DNA from: Kudoa neothunni
Lineage: Eukaryota; Animalia; Cnidaria
Direction: 5' to 3'
NCBI GenBank assembly: GCA_964304625.1
Contig: OZ199838.1
Coordinates: 2,904,471 to 2,968,470 of the forward strand
Length of the DNA stretch: 64,000 nucleotides
The notes below the pieces were generated by a model, which saw nothing but the letters and a program-made list of their open reading frames with translations, did no database searches and had not been told where the DNA came from. Made by a program: the position numbers and the translations under genes. This document shows, one piece after another, positions 26,740 through 39,400 of this stretch. Each line of letters opens with the position of its first letter. Position 1 is the first letter of the stretch.

Positions 26740-27213
26740 AATCAAAAACTTTTTCTTTGCCTAAGTTATTTTGATCAAAATGTATTATTTTTCTGTTGGT
26801 TCCAATAAGAACAATATTTGACATGAGTCTCTTATTTCAACCCATGTTAGCTATACTTTTTTTGTCCTCACAACTAAAATTGCATAATATAAATAAGTCA
26901 TAATTATTTCAAATTAAAACTTAAATATCAAAAATTATATGTTATATTAAGATAACTAATATATTATTTCGGAAGTTACACTTTATGCCGTTTATTAAAA
27001 GTAAAATAAGTTAAGAATAATTTGTTTGATTTAATCATTCATGAAAGTTGAATATTTTGAACAAATATATTTATTAATAAAAGAGGTCATTTGACGTATA
27101 CTCATAAATGCAATCTACGTCATTAATTCAGAATTTATAATCTTAATAAAAAATTAATAATTAAAGATTTCAACAGATAATAGATATAATACTGTAAAAT
27201 TTGTAAATTACCA

Positions 27214-27726
27214 CAATATTTATCGACAAGTTTGAAACATGTTCAATTAAGTTGCAAGTTGCTGGCGTATTCTGTGGTTATTCTAGGTTAGGCTGCAGTG
27301 ATGTTCATTAAAACATGAAAATTTCTCGAACTGATACGAAAAAATAATTAAACACCTGTATGCTCTAAAATAATTCTAATATTAATTATATCTTTTGAAG
27401 AGTGGAAGCAAAGTTAGACTTGGGATATTTTAAATAATTTTGAAATATGTCAATGGAATCTTATTCGGGGTTTTCTCGTTACATTCTATCAAGTCTTCTC
27501 GATTTTTTGGCTATCCACTTTTTACTATGGATTTAGGTCGATGAGAAATTCCTTTGATAAAATTAATAAATGGCGAATATGGATGTTGTAACAATAAAGT
27601 TTTTCATTATTTTGAATGAGCGTTCCCATTATTTCATTTTTTTATTCTACACCCACTATAATACTGTAAAATGCAAGTGACTTGTAACTTGTTTGAACAT
27701 GTTTGCAATTTGATCGAGAAATACTG
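27214..27726. mobile_element. MITE with about 50-bp imperfect TIRs (Tc1-like ends)
   Basis: Left CAATATTTATCGACAAGTTTGAAACATGTTCAA versus right (reverse complement) CAGTATTTCTCGATCAAATTGCAAACATGTTCAA; TA follows the right end. Confidence 0.65.
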
Positions 27727-28614
27727 TATTTATGGCAGAGGTATTCTTTTTATTTTAACCAAAGACATACTCAGATCAAATTTAGTTTTGAATTATTTGT
27801 ATTATCTAGTTGTATTTTATTAGTATTCAACATTTAAATATTTATTCAATTCAAATTGATCAAATTCATGACCAATAGATGATATTATTTCAACAAATCG
27901 ATTAAATTATGATCTTTTATTTCAGCGTTGTAAATAATGTTTTATAATAACTTTATAAATCAAAAATAAATGAAGGTTATAACGATAATAATAATAATAA
28001 TAATGCTATAAAAAGTTGATAACCTGAAAAAATAATTATGGATGTAAAAATAAGTAGTAAAAATTTACATGGCTTTTAGAAACCAAGAAAGAGCACCTTA
28101 TATCGTATATAATAAATATGCATATTTTAGAATAATACCATGTTAGATTCAACAGTAGAATATTAAGATAATTTAAATAATAAATATAAATTATTTTTGC
28201 GCAAAAATAACTAAATAATAAACCATTATTTGTAATTATTGCTGAACGGAGAGGATTACACGAGCAGCCGACTCTGATCGAATTATACGTAGGTCAGAAT
28301 TTGGGGATTTTTTGTGTCGATCTATGCATTGAATATTCTTTTTAATTAATTATAAACAATCGTAAAAGAAATAACAAAAAAACGCACACAACAGGGTGAT
28401 TTTCAGGAGTGACATATTTGAGTCAGACCATTAACCCTTCAGTAATTCAAGTTTTATATACTATTTAAGATGTAATAGTAAGATAAACGAAATATAAATG
28501 GGATATGTCATATAATAGACTTAAATTGTAGTCGAAAAAGAAGAAAAATATAATAAATTTTTACGATGATCGATGATCGTTACTTCCCGGAGATATTCGA
28601 AGCACGCGTTAAGT

Positions 28615-28675
28615 GTCAATGATGAGGGCAACGACGGGCGGACAGATTTTCATGTTGAGCGTCGTTTTCTGAGAC
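28615..28675 (+). ncRNA. SNORD43: Box C/D snoRNA U43 (SNORD43/snR70 family), guide for 18S Cm at the E. coli C1402-equivalent position
   Basis: C box ATGATGA 28619-25; guide CGACGGGCGG 28632-41 complementary to 18S CCGCCCGUCG; D' CAGA 28643-46; C' ATGTTGA; D CTGA 28669-72; terminal GTC/GAC stem. GACGGGCGGACAGA matches recalled human U43. Confidence 0.88.
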
Positions 28676-30320
28676 TTGCCTTTCATGTTACCAAACACAC
28701 TTTGTTAACCTGTTGTTACTACCTTTATGCTGTGTTGCGTGTTATAAGTTTCTGATTAAGTGAATGTTTTTGTTTTTAACGTACGCTCGCATTTTTATTA
28801 ATACCGTCTCTCCTACTCTCCTACTTTTAAAAACTCCTGCGATTAGTTGTTAAAGTTGAGTCGTTCAACAGCCTTCTAGCTATAGTTTATCACTATCCTA
28901 ATTAACGATGTATAAGATGTGACTCAAGCCAAGGGTGTTATTTGTTGCGGATAGCTAACCTAACCTAAACGAAATGAATAAATAGAAGTTTGATAAAGCC
29001 TTTCTTTTGGGACTAAGTTTTGAGAAAACTAGATTGTTTGAATTAGACGTGACTTGCACATCAGTGAAAATTGGACGACGTGGTATTCCTGAGAAGGTAG
29101 CGATTATTATATGATTATGTAAAAAGCGTGTAAATTGATAATTGTGATTCTTAATATTTTGGAAAACTTTCTGGAATATATTTATATATTTTCATTAGAC
29201 GATAGAATTTATTTAAATTAGATTAAGAAATTAATATATACATTGGGTAACGTGTAGATTGTAATTTGAGAAAATGTTACAAAATTAACGTACACATAAG
29301 ATTATAATGAGTTATCTATTTCTCGAACTATTTAAAAACATTTATTTGACCGTTAAGAATATAAAATATTTTTAAATTAATTATTTTTTTGATGATACTT
29401 TGTAATGACGTGTGTGGTTCGTAACTTATCAGATGCGTAGAGATTTTTGTATTCGATTGGTAGTAAATGGGAGAGAGAAATAAAAATTGGGTCAGGGAAT
29501 TAAAGGAAAAATATGGAATAACAAAGTGTTTCCAAAATTAGTCAAGGCATGGGCATGGAATGGAAACAATATTGAAAACGACGAAAATATTAGTGATTTT
29601 ATAAGTGATGGTAATTGTCACCGAGATGAGAAGTTTCGTAAATTTGACGGTAGGGAACGAAAAAACATTTCATTCAAATTTGCCTCTCTCATTTGTCTGA
29701 TTTAAGACATTACTTGAATTATCAATTGTTTAAATAGTTATAAACATCAAACGGATATTGGACCAGAGGTAGTCAATATTATTGTCAGAAAACTTAAAAA
29801 TTTTATCATTAATGAGTAATTTCCTTAAAAATAATTTATCGTTATGGTTGATTTGTAGCATTTTTTCCTCCAGAGTAAAGGGCGCGCAACCGTAGAAATT
29901 ACGAACCTCACGTGTTGTGCGTGCGGTTCGTAATTTTTGTTGGTACGAATGGGATTATGAAACTTAAATAATATTTTTGATTTTTAAACGTTAATTCTAC
30001 GCAATTTTATTATCTGATTTGATGTTTTACCTATGACTATCGCATGCAAATGTGAATGAGGTATGATCTAATACTCGCTTAAACAGAATAACATGACATC
30101 AATTTTTGAAAAAACTGGAACACGAGATTCAATTTACAACAAAAATAATCTAAAAATAACAAAATAATAGAAAAACCTATGAACATGCGATACTAATAAA
30201 TAAATTAGATTTGACGCAATAAGAACCATATCATTATACAGTCGAGATTGGATATTGCGTAATTAGAGATTTTCAAAGTTATCCTTTAAAGAGAGAAATT
30301 TAGTTTTTTCAAATTGTTAT

Positions 30321-33300
30321 TGTTATATCCCTAGAGATTAAGCAATAAACATAATTTACCGCTCACTTTGAGAGATTATATATTATATTCTGCTAGTTAT
30401 CGTATTTTGAGTTAACGCGTGCCTCTTTCTTAGCGTAAATTTGCAACTATTTACATTTGGCGACGATGGATAAGAAAATCCGAACATTTAACAGTTCAGA
30501 TGATATTAACTGCTGACTCGAACAGTTACATCACACTTTCCGAGCACACAAGATTCTTGATGATGAAGACCAGAAATCTATCATCCTAAGTAGTGTAAGC
30601 GTTGATGTATTCAAAGATATAAAGGCTAAGGTCTTTCCAAAAAACCTTATTGATATACCACTTGAAGATGTGGTACTCGCCTTAAAAGGATGCTATTCAT
30701 CTACTGTGAATCAAATAGCCCTACGGTGCATGTTTTACAAACGGCTACAGCATGAGCACGAAAGCGCTAGCGAGTATGCACTAGCCCTGAAAAAGCTTAG
30801 CGTGCAATGTGGCTACAAAGACACCCTTGAAGAAAACCTAAGAGATAGGTTCGTCAGTGGCATACTTTGCGAATCCATTAGAATGGAACTCTTAAATATT
30901 ACAGGCCTTACATGGGAAAAGGCCTTAACCTACATTGCACAAAAAGAGGCAGCTGTAAACGCGGCGAAACTAACAAATACGATCACACCACCAGTAAACA
31001 AGATCACAATTCAAAAATGCTACACATGTGGAAAGTCTGGACATCTCCGATCCGAATGCAGATATCGAAACTCCGTCTGCGATTTCTGTCATAAGAAAGG
31101 ACATATATCTGCTGCATGTATGAAAAAGAAATTCAGCCCAAAAAGAAAGAATGTGAATCACCTGAGCAATCCTTCACATGATAATCCAACGACGCGAGAG
31201 GACTATTCTGATAACGAAAATCCTGATGAGATGGTTCTTAATATACAATCGAATGCTCATTCTCCACCTATTGTGTTACTGGTCTACCTTGATAATATCC
31301 CTGTCAAATTTGAATTAGACACGGGATCTGGTAAAACGATCCTTCCATTAAATGTCTACGAACGCCATTTCCAATCCAATACGTTGTCGAAGTCGAACAT
31401 AATCTTAACAGATTACAATGGAAATAGACTTCGAACTGCTGGGACTGCTACCTTCCTAATGAGGTTTAAGAATAAAACTGCAAATGTCAATGTTATTGTA
31501 GTTGATACACCCAACAACGCATTACTTGGAAGGGATGTTATCTCCATATTTGGCATTGATATACATAAATGTTTCCTAGTCAAACCCAACAATTACGTTG
31601 ATACATATCCCGCAGTCTTTAAAAATACTACAACTAAACCAATTAAGGGATTCAAAACATCCTTAAGTGTTCATCCGAATGCAACACCTGTGTTTTCAAG
31701 AGCTAGAAGAGTACCGTACGCTCTGGAGAAAAAAGTATCTGATGAATTAGATAAGCTTGAGAAGACTGGTATCCTTCAAAAAGTAGAAAGTGCTGAATGG
31801 GCATCACCAACAGTCAACGTGCTAAAAAAGGATGGCTCGGTACGGATATGCGGAGACTACAAGCTTAGTATCAATTTGGCGCTAAATGCGGAGATATATC
31901 CCCTCCCCACACCTGAAGATCTTTTCAACTGCGTGAAAAATGGCGTTATCTTCAGTAAACTGGACCTTTCTCTGGCGTATTTACAACTGGAGGTGCATGA
32001 GGATTATCGAAAATACCTCACTATTAATACCCATAAAGGCCTCTATCAGTATACCAGACTAAATTATGGTATAAATGTTGCACCTGCAATATTTCAGAAG
32101 TTAATGGATCAGATTCTGATTGGAATAGAAGGAGTCGTCTGCTATATCGATGACATAATTGTTTCTGGTGTAACCAAAGAGGAACATGATAGGAAATTGC
32201 ATGAAGTTTTGAAGAGACTTGAAAAACATAACGTCAAAGCTAACGCAACAAAATGTGAATTTGGAGTTTCTGAAGTATCTTACCTGGGACATCTTATTAC
32301 TCCTGAAGGAATAAAACCGATGCTTGATAAAACTAAGGCCATTACTGAATGTCCATCACCTGCTAACGTAGGCGAGTTGAGATCATGGTTGGGATTGATA
32401 AACTACTACAGTAAATTTATTAGCAATTTGTCTACGCCGTTGTATCCCTTGAATCAACTACTTAAGAAAAATTCAACATTTATTTGGACGCTGCAATGCG
32501 AAAATGCGTTTCTTAACACCAAAAAGGCACTACTTTCTAGCAAATGTTTGACATATTATGATGTAGCTTTACCTATTTGCATCAGTTGCGATGCGTCAGG
32601 ATACGGCATTGGCGCCGTCCTTTCTCATACTCTAAAAGATGGCTCTGAGAAACCCATAATGTTTGCTTCGAAATCCTTGAATAATGCTGAAAAAAATTAC
32701 AGCCAACTTAAAAAAGAAGCTCTTTCAGTTGTATTCGCAGTGAAGAAATTTCATCGTTATGTGTATGGACGGAAATTCACTATACTTACTGACAATAATC
32801 CAGTATCGATATTGCTTAAACGAAATACGGGAATTCCTTCCAGTTCTACATCTAGACTTCAAAGATGGAGTATATTTTTATCAAATTATGACTACCAACT
32901 GACCTTTCGCTCTGGAAAAAACAATGCCAACGCTGATGCACTCTCTAGACTTCCATTGGCTAATAATCCCGAATTCAAAATTGAATCTGATTGTTTCCAA
33001 ATCTCCTATTTGACTTCCCTGCCCATATCTGCTGAAACGGTCCAAGCCGAAACTGATAGTGATAATATTTTAAGGCTAGTAAAAAATTCTATTATCAATG
33101 GTTGGTCAAACACTCAAACGGATCCAAAATTGATGCCATACTTCAAACGAAAAGATGAATTAACAATTTCAAATGGTAGTATAATATGTGGAAGCAAAGT
33201 GGTAATCCCAATAAAACTAAGAAAATATATCTTGGATGAGTTACATTGGAGTCATCTCGGTTCACAAAAGTTGAAATCATTGTGTAGAACATATATGTGG

Positions 33301-34393
33301 TGGCCTGAAATGGACAATGACATTCAAAGCATGTGTGATGCCTGTGAGAATTGCAGGAAATATTCGAAATCACCACCAAAAACCTCGTTTTTATCGTGGG
33401 AACTAGCTCTTTCTCCGATGGATAGAATACATATAGATTATGCGGAATTCAAATCATGCTACTTTCTGATAATCGTAGATGCTTATTCGCGATGGCTTGA
33501 AGTTTACAAGGTGAACGATATGACCACCAATACCACAATTCTAAGATTGAATGATTTCTTCAGTAGGTTTGGTTTGCCTAAACTAATAGTAAGTGATAAC
33601 GGTCCCCAATTCATTAGTCACACATTTCGTGACTTTTGCAAATGTTACCAAATTAAGCATAAGACGATTCCACCCTATCATCCGCAATCGAATGGCATGG
33701 CGGAGAGATATGTACAAACGTTAAAACAATTTCTGCAACCGACATAACCAAGTTTCTATTTTGGTATCGAAATACTCCTCATTCCATCACAAATGAAACA
33801 CCAGCTAAAAGATTTTTAAAACGTCCACCAAGGTTCATATTTTCGTGTCTAGCCCCAAATGAAAAAGATATTGTTCCAAAGTCCTTTAATAATTTCAGGT
33901 CATTTGCTGATGGAGAAATCGTGAACGTAAAGAATCATTTAACAAATACATTTGAAAGTGCTAGTATAGTGAGACGACTTGGTAGTGTTACATACACTGT
34001 TCAAATTAATGATAAACATAAGACTGTTCATATTGATGATATAATACCATGGAAAAAATGTACAACACACAATCTAGAGCTAAGCCCCGAAATCAGACCA
34101 TCAGCTGAAGATTCTTTCCATACTCCCAATTCATCACCAAATTCGTTAAGTCCTACCTCATTGACTACAGGTCATCAAGAGAATCGAAGACCTACAAGAA
34201 AGAAAATTGTTCCAAAAAAGTACCAGGAATCAATTTCTCAGCAGAGGGGAAGATGTTATATCCCTAGAGATTAAGCAATAAACATAATTAATTTACCGCT
34301 CACTTTGAGGGATTATATATTATATTCTGCTAGTTATCGTATTTTGAGTTAACGCGTGCCTCTTTTCTTAGCGTGAATTTGCAACTATTTACA
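30321..34393 (+). mobile_element. Ty3/gypsy LTR retrotransposon, Mag-like, 4073 bp
   Basis: LTRs 30321-30455 and 34254-34393 (TG...CA); 5-bp TSD GTTAT; PBS TGGCGACGA at 30458 (tRNA-Ser type); PPT AGAGGGGAAGA at 34243-53. Confidence 0.97.
30466..34274 (+). pseudogene. Single gag-pol polyprotein with a stop at 30514-16 and a frameshift near 33735
   Basis: Two CCHC knuckles; protease LDTGS; RT YIDD; RNase H CDAS; integrase HHCC, SDNGPQF and QSNGMAER. The frame resumes at 33741 with FLFWYRNTPH. Confidence 0.93.
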
Positions 34394-34541
34394 GTTATTA
34401 TCTTATTGTAATGTAAAAATATTTTTTAACAAAAAATTAAAAAAAATTTATTAATACAAAAAGTCTCGTTATTGCGTGGAAATTTTTTATTGCGTGGTTT
34501 TTTGTGGTCAATTGGTTTAATTCAGATAGTGTTTTTTCATT

Positions 34542-36061
34542 ATGTCCCGTGAACAACGCAATATTTCAGAGAAAATGGAAATCATCCATTACTACAATTC
34601 AATAAAAACGTTGAAGGGTGCGAAATCAATGACAATTTCCAAGTTTAAATTGAGTGCTATAGTAGTCTTCTATTGAATAGTATTGTAAAATCACATTTAA
34701 GGTCATTCAACACTTGATAGAATTCTTTCGCACGAAGATGAATTCAAAAATATAGACGATGAAGTGTATGATTGGTTTGTTAAACAACGGTCGAATGGTA
34801 ACGTTCTGTCAGGAGATGCCATTATCAAAAAGGCTTCTTATATTGCAAATGAAAACAAAGTTTCCAATTTTAAAACCAACAAGGGATTGCTTGCAGGGTT
34901 CAAGTCAAGATATGGGATAGTTTTCAAAAAGTTCCATGGCGAGGCTGCGAGTGCAGATGTTGCATCTGTCGACTCATGGATTATTGAGAACATTGATTTG
35001 ATCAGAGCATATAATCCAAAAGACGTTATTAACATCGACGAAACTTCTCTTTATTATGAGCAGTTACAAAATAGTAGTTACGTTTTAAGGGAGGAAGTAG
35101 GGATTAAGGGAAAAAAATTATCCAAAAAAGGGTGACTGTTTTACTGTCCTCAGCTTTAAATGGGGATAAGTTCCCATTAGTTGTTATCGGGAAATTTCAA
35201 AATCCTAGATGTTTTAAGAGTCAAGCACCTCCCATGTGAATATTATGCACAAAAAAGTGCATGGATGACTTCTAGGATATTTATAGAAATAATGAAAAAG
35301 TTTAACCGAAGGATGATAAATCAGAATAGAAAAGTCTTAATTTTGTTGGACCAATGTCCAGGCCATCCAAAAAATATTGATTGCTTTGAAAATATCAAAT
35401 TTTTGTTCTTACCTAAAAATACAACTAGTATTTTACAACCCCTTGATTTAGGCATCATTCGCTGTCTTAAAAGCAGGTACAAAAGTTCAATGACCGAGCG
35501 AATGGTTTTATGCGAAGATTCTATCATAAAAAAATGTACATTGCTCGACCCAATGATAACATTAACTAAATGTTGGGGCAGTATTCCGCCGCAAATTATT
35601 ATTAATTGCTTTAAAAAATCAAAAATATTTGGGGGTATTAAATAAAATTACGACGAGAAAGTTATTCTCAGTTTATAGACCAAGAAGATGTGAGTGAGAT
35701 ACCTCAAATCAGCAACTGTTCTCAAGGTAATATTTAATGTATACGTAATTAATTTTTTCTAGATGAAATCGAAGATTCAGAAAATATGTTTGATGACGAT
35801 TATGAAGCAACATGTGAGGAAGAAAATAATGAGGACTCATTGTCCATAAGTGACGAATCTGACGATAGCGAATCAATCATTGAAGACATCAAAATTTCAA
35901 TTAATCGAATGAAAAATGCAGTGAACGTTCTGAGGGAAGCTTTTATTAAAGAGGATCTGACGGGATTGTTTGATTTACATCCCATAATGGACCGAGTTTT
36001 AAAAATATCAAGAGAAAGATTCCGACAAACTAAAATTACAAGCTTTTTCGACAAAATTTGA
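34542..36061 (+). pseudogene. Tigger transposase, frameshifted; introns 35635-35678 and 35727-35762
   Basis: CENP-B-type HTH (YDWFVKQR...FKSRYGI), NIDETSL, LLDQCPGH, LQPLD, acidic tail ending QTKITSFF. Confidence 0.9.
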
Positions 36062-36499
36062 TAAATCACATTTCATTTAATTAAATAATATATTTATATA
36101 TAAAAAATTGATTTTCACTAATTGGCATCGGACGTAAACACGAAAAAATCGTATTTTATAGTACAATGCGCACGCAAAGGTCTGGATATTGCGTAAAAAT
36201 TTGTTATTGCGTGGGTTTTTGTTGGCCCCAGAAACCCACGCAATATCCAATCTCGACTGTATTTCATTACATTAGTTTCTTTTACAAAAATAACGTATAT
36301 CATCACGTTATTTGAAAAGGGATAAAATCGACGTAATTTGTATAATTTTTTAGATATCCTAAGATTTTGAACTATAATTGTTTATAATAGAGGTGTAGGT
36401 GTATCAAAATTTATCAGTTTGATGTAGGAATAGTTTTTTTATTAATTAACTTAATATCCTCGAGTGATAATTCGCTCAAACTTCCCTTACTAATTGTAA

Positions 36500-39400
36500 T
36501 TTGTCGACTCCGCGTGTTTGTAGAATTAAGCATACATTCTCTCCCAAATTCGTACAATTGTTGATAAAAACCGTAATTTTAATGATGATTGTTCTCAAAA
36601 ATATTTCTTCACCCATTCAATGAATAAAACGGTGTGTTTGCTTTGTCTCGAATCAGCCGCCGTATTAATCCTCTTACACACATCGGGGGTCAAAAATGGG
36701 CCCAGCCTCTTTTATCAACGATTTTCTTAAAATCTCTCCTACAGAGTTTTCAGTAATTTTTCCTAATTTATGTTATTATTTTATTAATTTAAAATATTTT
36801 CTGAAATAAAAATAAAATGAATTATAAACACTATTAAATCATCGAAACATTAAAACTTCCATTCCCCATTCTTTATTGGAAATCTATGATAATTACTCTC
36901 TTAATTCCATGTGTAATATCAAATAAAACCATTAAATATTCATTTAATTTTAAGAATAAGTAAAATAATTTTGAAGAAGAGATAAATCGATGAGTTTTTA
37001 ATGTGTCACGTGATCATATAGATTCAAAATCACCTGAACTTTGGTCTGTTTTAGAGATGGAAAGAGATAAACATGGAATTCTACTGGATGGCACTGATTT
37101 TGAGTTTAGCGACTATTCGATTAAACAATCCTATATCCGATTATGATGATTCGGATGATGAAACAGAATTTAGCACTGAATTGATTGCCACGTTGACTTT
37201 GAAAAATGGAGAAAAGTGGTCTAAACAACCAACAACAAGCCAACGAAGAACTGACGTGGAAAATATTTTTAAGTGCCGATCAAGTTTCAAATCGCATGTG
37301 CTAAAACGATCGGATACCCCATTCATGGCATTTTTAAACTATTTCTTCAACGAAATCCTTGATTTGATTGTTGAATGCACCAATAATTATATTAAAAACC
37401 ATATATCAAAATTAACTATGATTATCAAAGATTATCTATTGAAATATATTGTTGGCTGCATAATGATTGGTTTAATGAAGGATAAAAATATGGATATTCG
37501 AGAATTCTGGTCAACCTACAATAAATCAGTCAATCTCCATTAATTTATTTGAAAAAATATTTTCGTGTATTCGGTTTGATAAAAGAGAATCCAGAATACA
37601 AGATGACAAATTGGTTCCCATAGGGAAAGTTTTTGAGCACTTTATTGGAAATTTTCGAAAAAATTATACATCCAATGAACAAATGACCGTTGATGAGCAA
37701 CTGGTGACATTTAGAGGGAGATGTGGGCCCAAAATGTACATTCCAAATAAACCCGGACGGTATGGTGTTAAAATATGGGCTTTATGCGACTCAAAGATTG
37801 CCTACCTATTCAAGGCAAAGGTATATTTTGGAGAAGATAATGGCGAAGTACAGTTTAATCAAGGGGAAAATGTTGTGAAAACTTTATGTGAGTCGATTTT
37901 TAAATCTGGTCGAAATATCACAACAGATAATTTTTTCACTACTCTTTCCCTCGCAAGATTTCTACTTGGCCAAAAATTGATAATTGTAAGAACTATTCGA
38001 AGAAATAAAAAATTTTTGATAGATACCAGAGTTTCAAATGTCGAAAGGAAATGAAAATAATAGTCAGTTCTTGTTGTCAACACTTTACAGAGATGCGAAT
38101 ATTGATGAAGAAAGTCCAAAATCTGAAACTATATCCTACTATAATTCTACAAAAGGTGGAGTTGACACTCTTGATCAAGTAGTAAGATATTTTTCGGTAG
38201 AAAGAAAAACACGAAGGTGGCCAATGGCTCTTTTCTATAATTTGTTAGACATTGCTTCGTATAATGCCTACTTGTTGTATTGCGAAAAGCATCCCGCATT
38301 CTTGAATAAATATAGAAGGCGAGTTAGAAGAGAATTTCTAGAATTACTCGCATACGAGCTTTTACCATCTAAAAGTCCCGAAACTGGCATTCTATCTTTA
38401 AGAAGACCTAAAATCTTACAAAACAATATCAGAAAGTGGTGCCAAATCTGTATTTGTTCGAGGAGATTGAAAACGTCGTCGCAGTGCAAATTATGCAATA
38501 AAATGGCGTGCCAACTTCATAATAAAGAAGAAATAATTTGCATTAAATGTTTGAATTAAAATAATATCAATTAGAATTTTTGAAATTTTAAAAACGTTTT
38601 CATGTGTTTATTTTTTAGTGGGGGTCAACCTAAGTTTTTTTGCGCATGTGTACGAGGGTTAAAGGAATATAACTTGGAACAAAACGTGGGGAATCCAGTG
38701 AAAAAATCAACAATAACAACAGGGAACATACGACCTTAAAATACCTTGAAAGTTACCAGAAGAAACTCAGTTGATTAAAAACGAAATCTCTAACCCCAGA
38801 AGACCAATCTGAAGCAAGTTTTATGATATCATATATCATATAACATTGCTCGGCGAAACAAACCATTTTTAAATGGCGAATTTATAAAAGAATGTATAAT
38901 GGATTGTGTTAACGTTGTTTGGCTGGAATTGAAAAAAAAGTTTGAAAATATTCCGGTATGAAGGAAGACAATTGTGTGTCTTATAGAAATGATAAGTGAA
39001 AATTTAAGCCAATAATTAAAAGATACAAGCAAAGATTTGGTGCGTTATTCATTAGCTTTAGATGAATGCATCGATATTAAAGACACTGCATAATTGCTTA
39101 TCTTTGTACGCGAAATAGACCCTAATTGTTGTATCACTGAAGAGTTACTTTCTTTGGAACAACCGATGGAAAGTACAACGACTGGGCGGGATTTGTTTGA
39201 ATGTGTGGTTAAAGCAGTTGAAAACAATGAATTACCTCTGAGTAAATTTACAAGCTTAACAACTGATGGCACTCGCTCTTTATTGGGCAAGAATTTGGGA
39301 ATGATTTAACTATTGAATGGAAAGCTTAAAAGGGAATCTCCTTTTTAATCTTTTCTGTCGTTTCACTGCATTTTAAATCAAGAAAGTTTGTGTAAATCTG

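Larger units (their letters stand above)
30239..36259 (+). mobile_element. pogo/Tigger transposon (about 1.94 kb net), interrupted by an LTR retrotransposon
   Basis: Perfect 22-bp TIRs CAGTCGAGATTGGATATTGCGT with TA on both sides. Confidence 0.95.

Noticed and set aside
28565-28612. GATGATCGTT..CTTC...GAAG.ACGCG resembles the 3' hairpin of U3 snoRNA
   Set aside because: No D box follows and no U3 5' boxes (A', A, B) are present upstream.
28955-28968. CTAACCTAACCTAA as a telomere repeat or telomerase template
   Set aside because: Fewer than three units and no supporting structure.
30912-38498. Short alternative-frame and antisense ORFs over the transposons
   Set aside because: Shadows of the real transposon reading frames.
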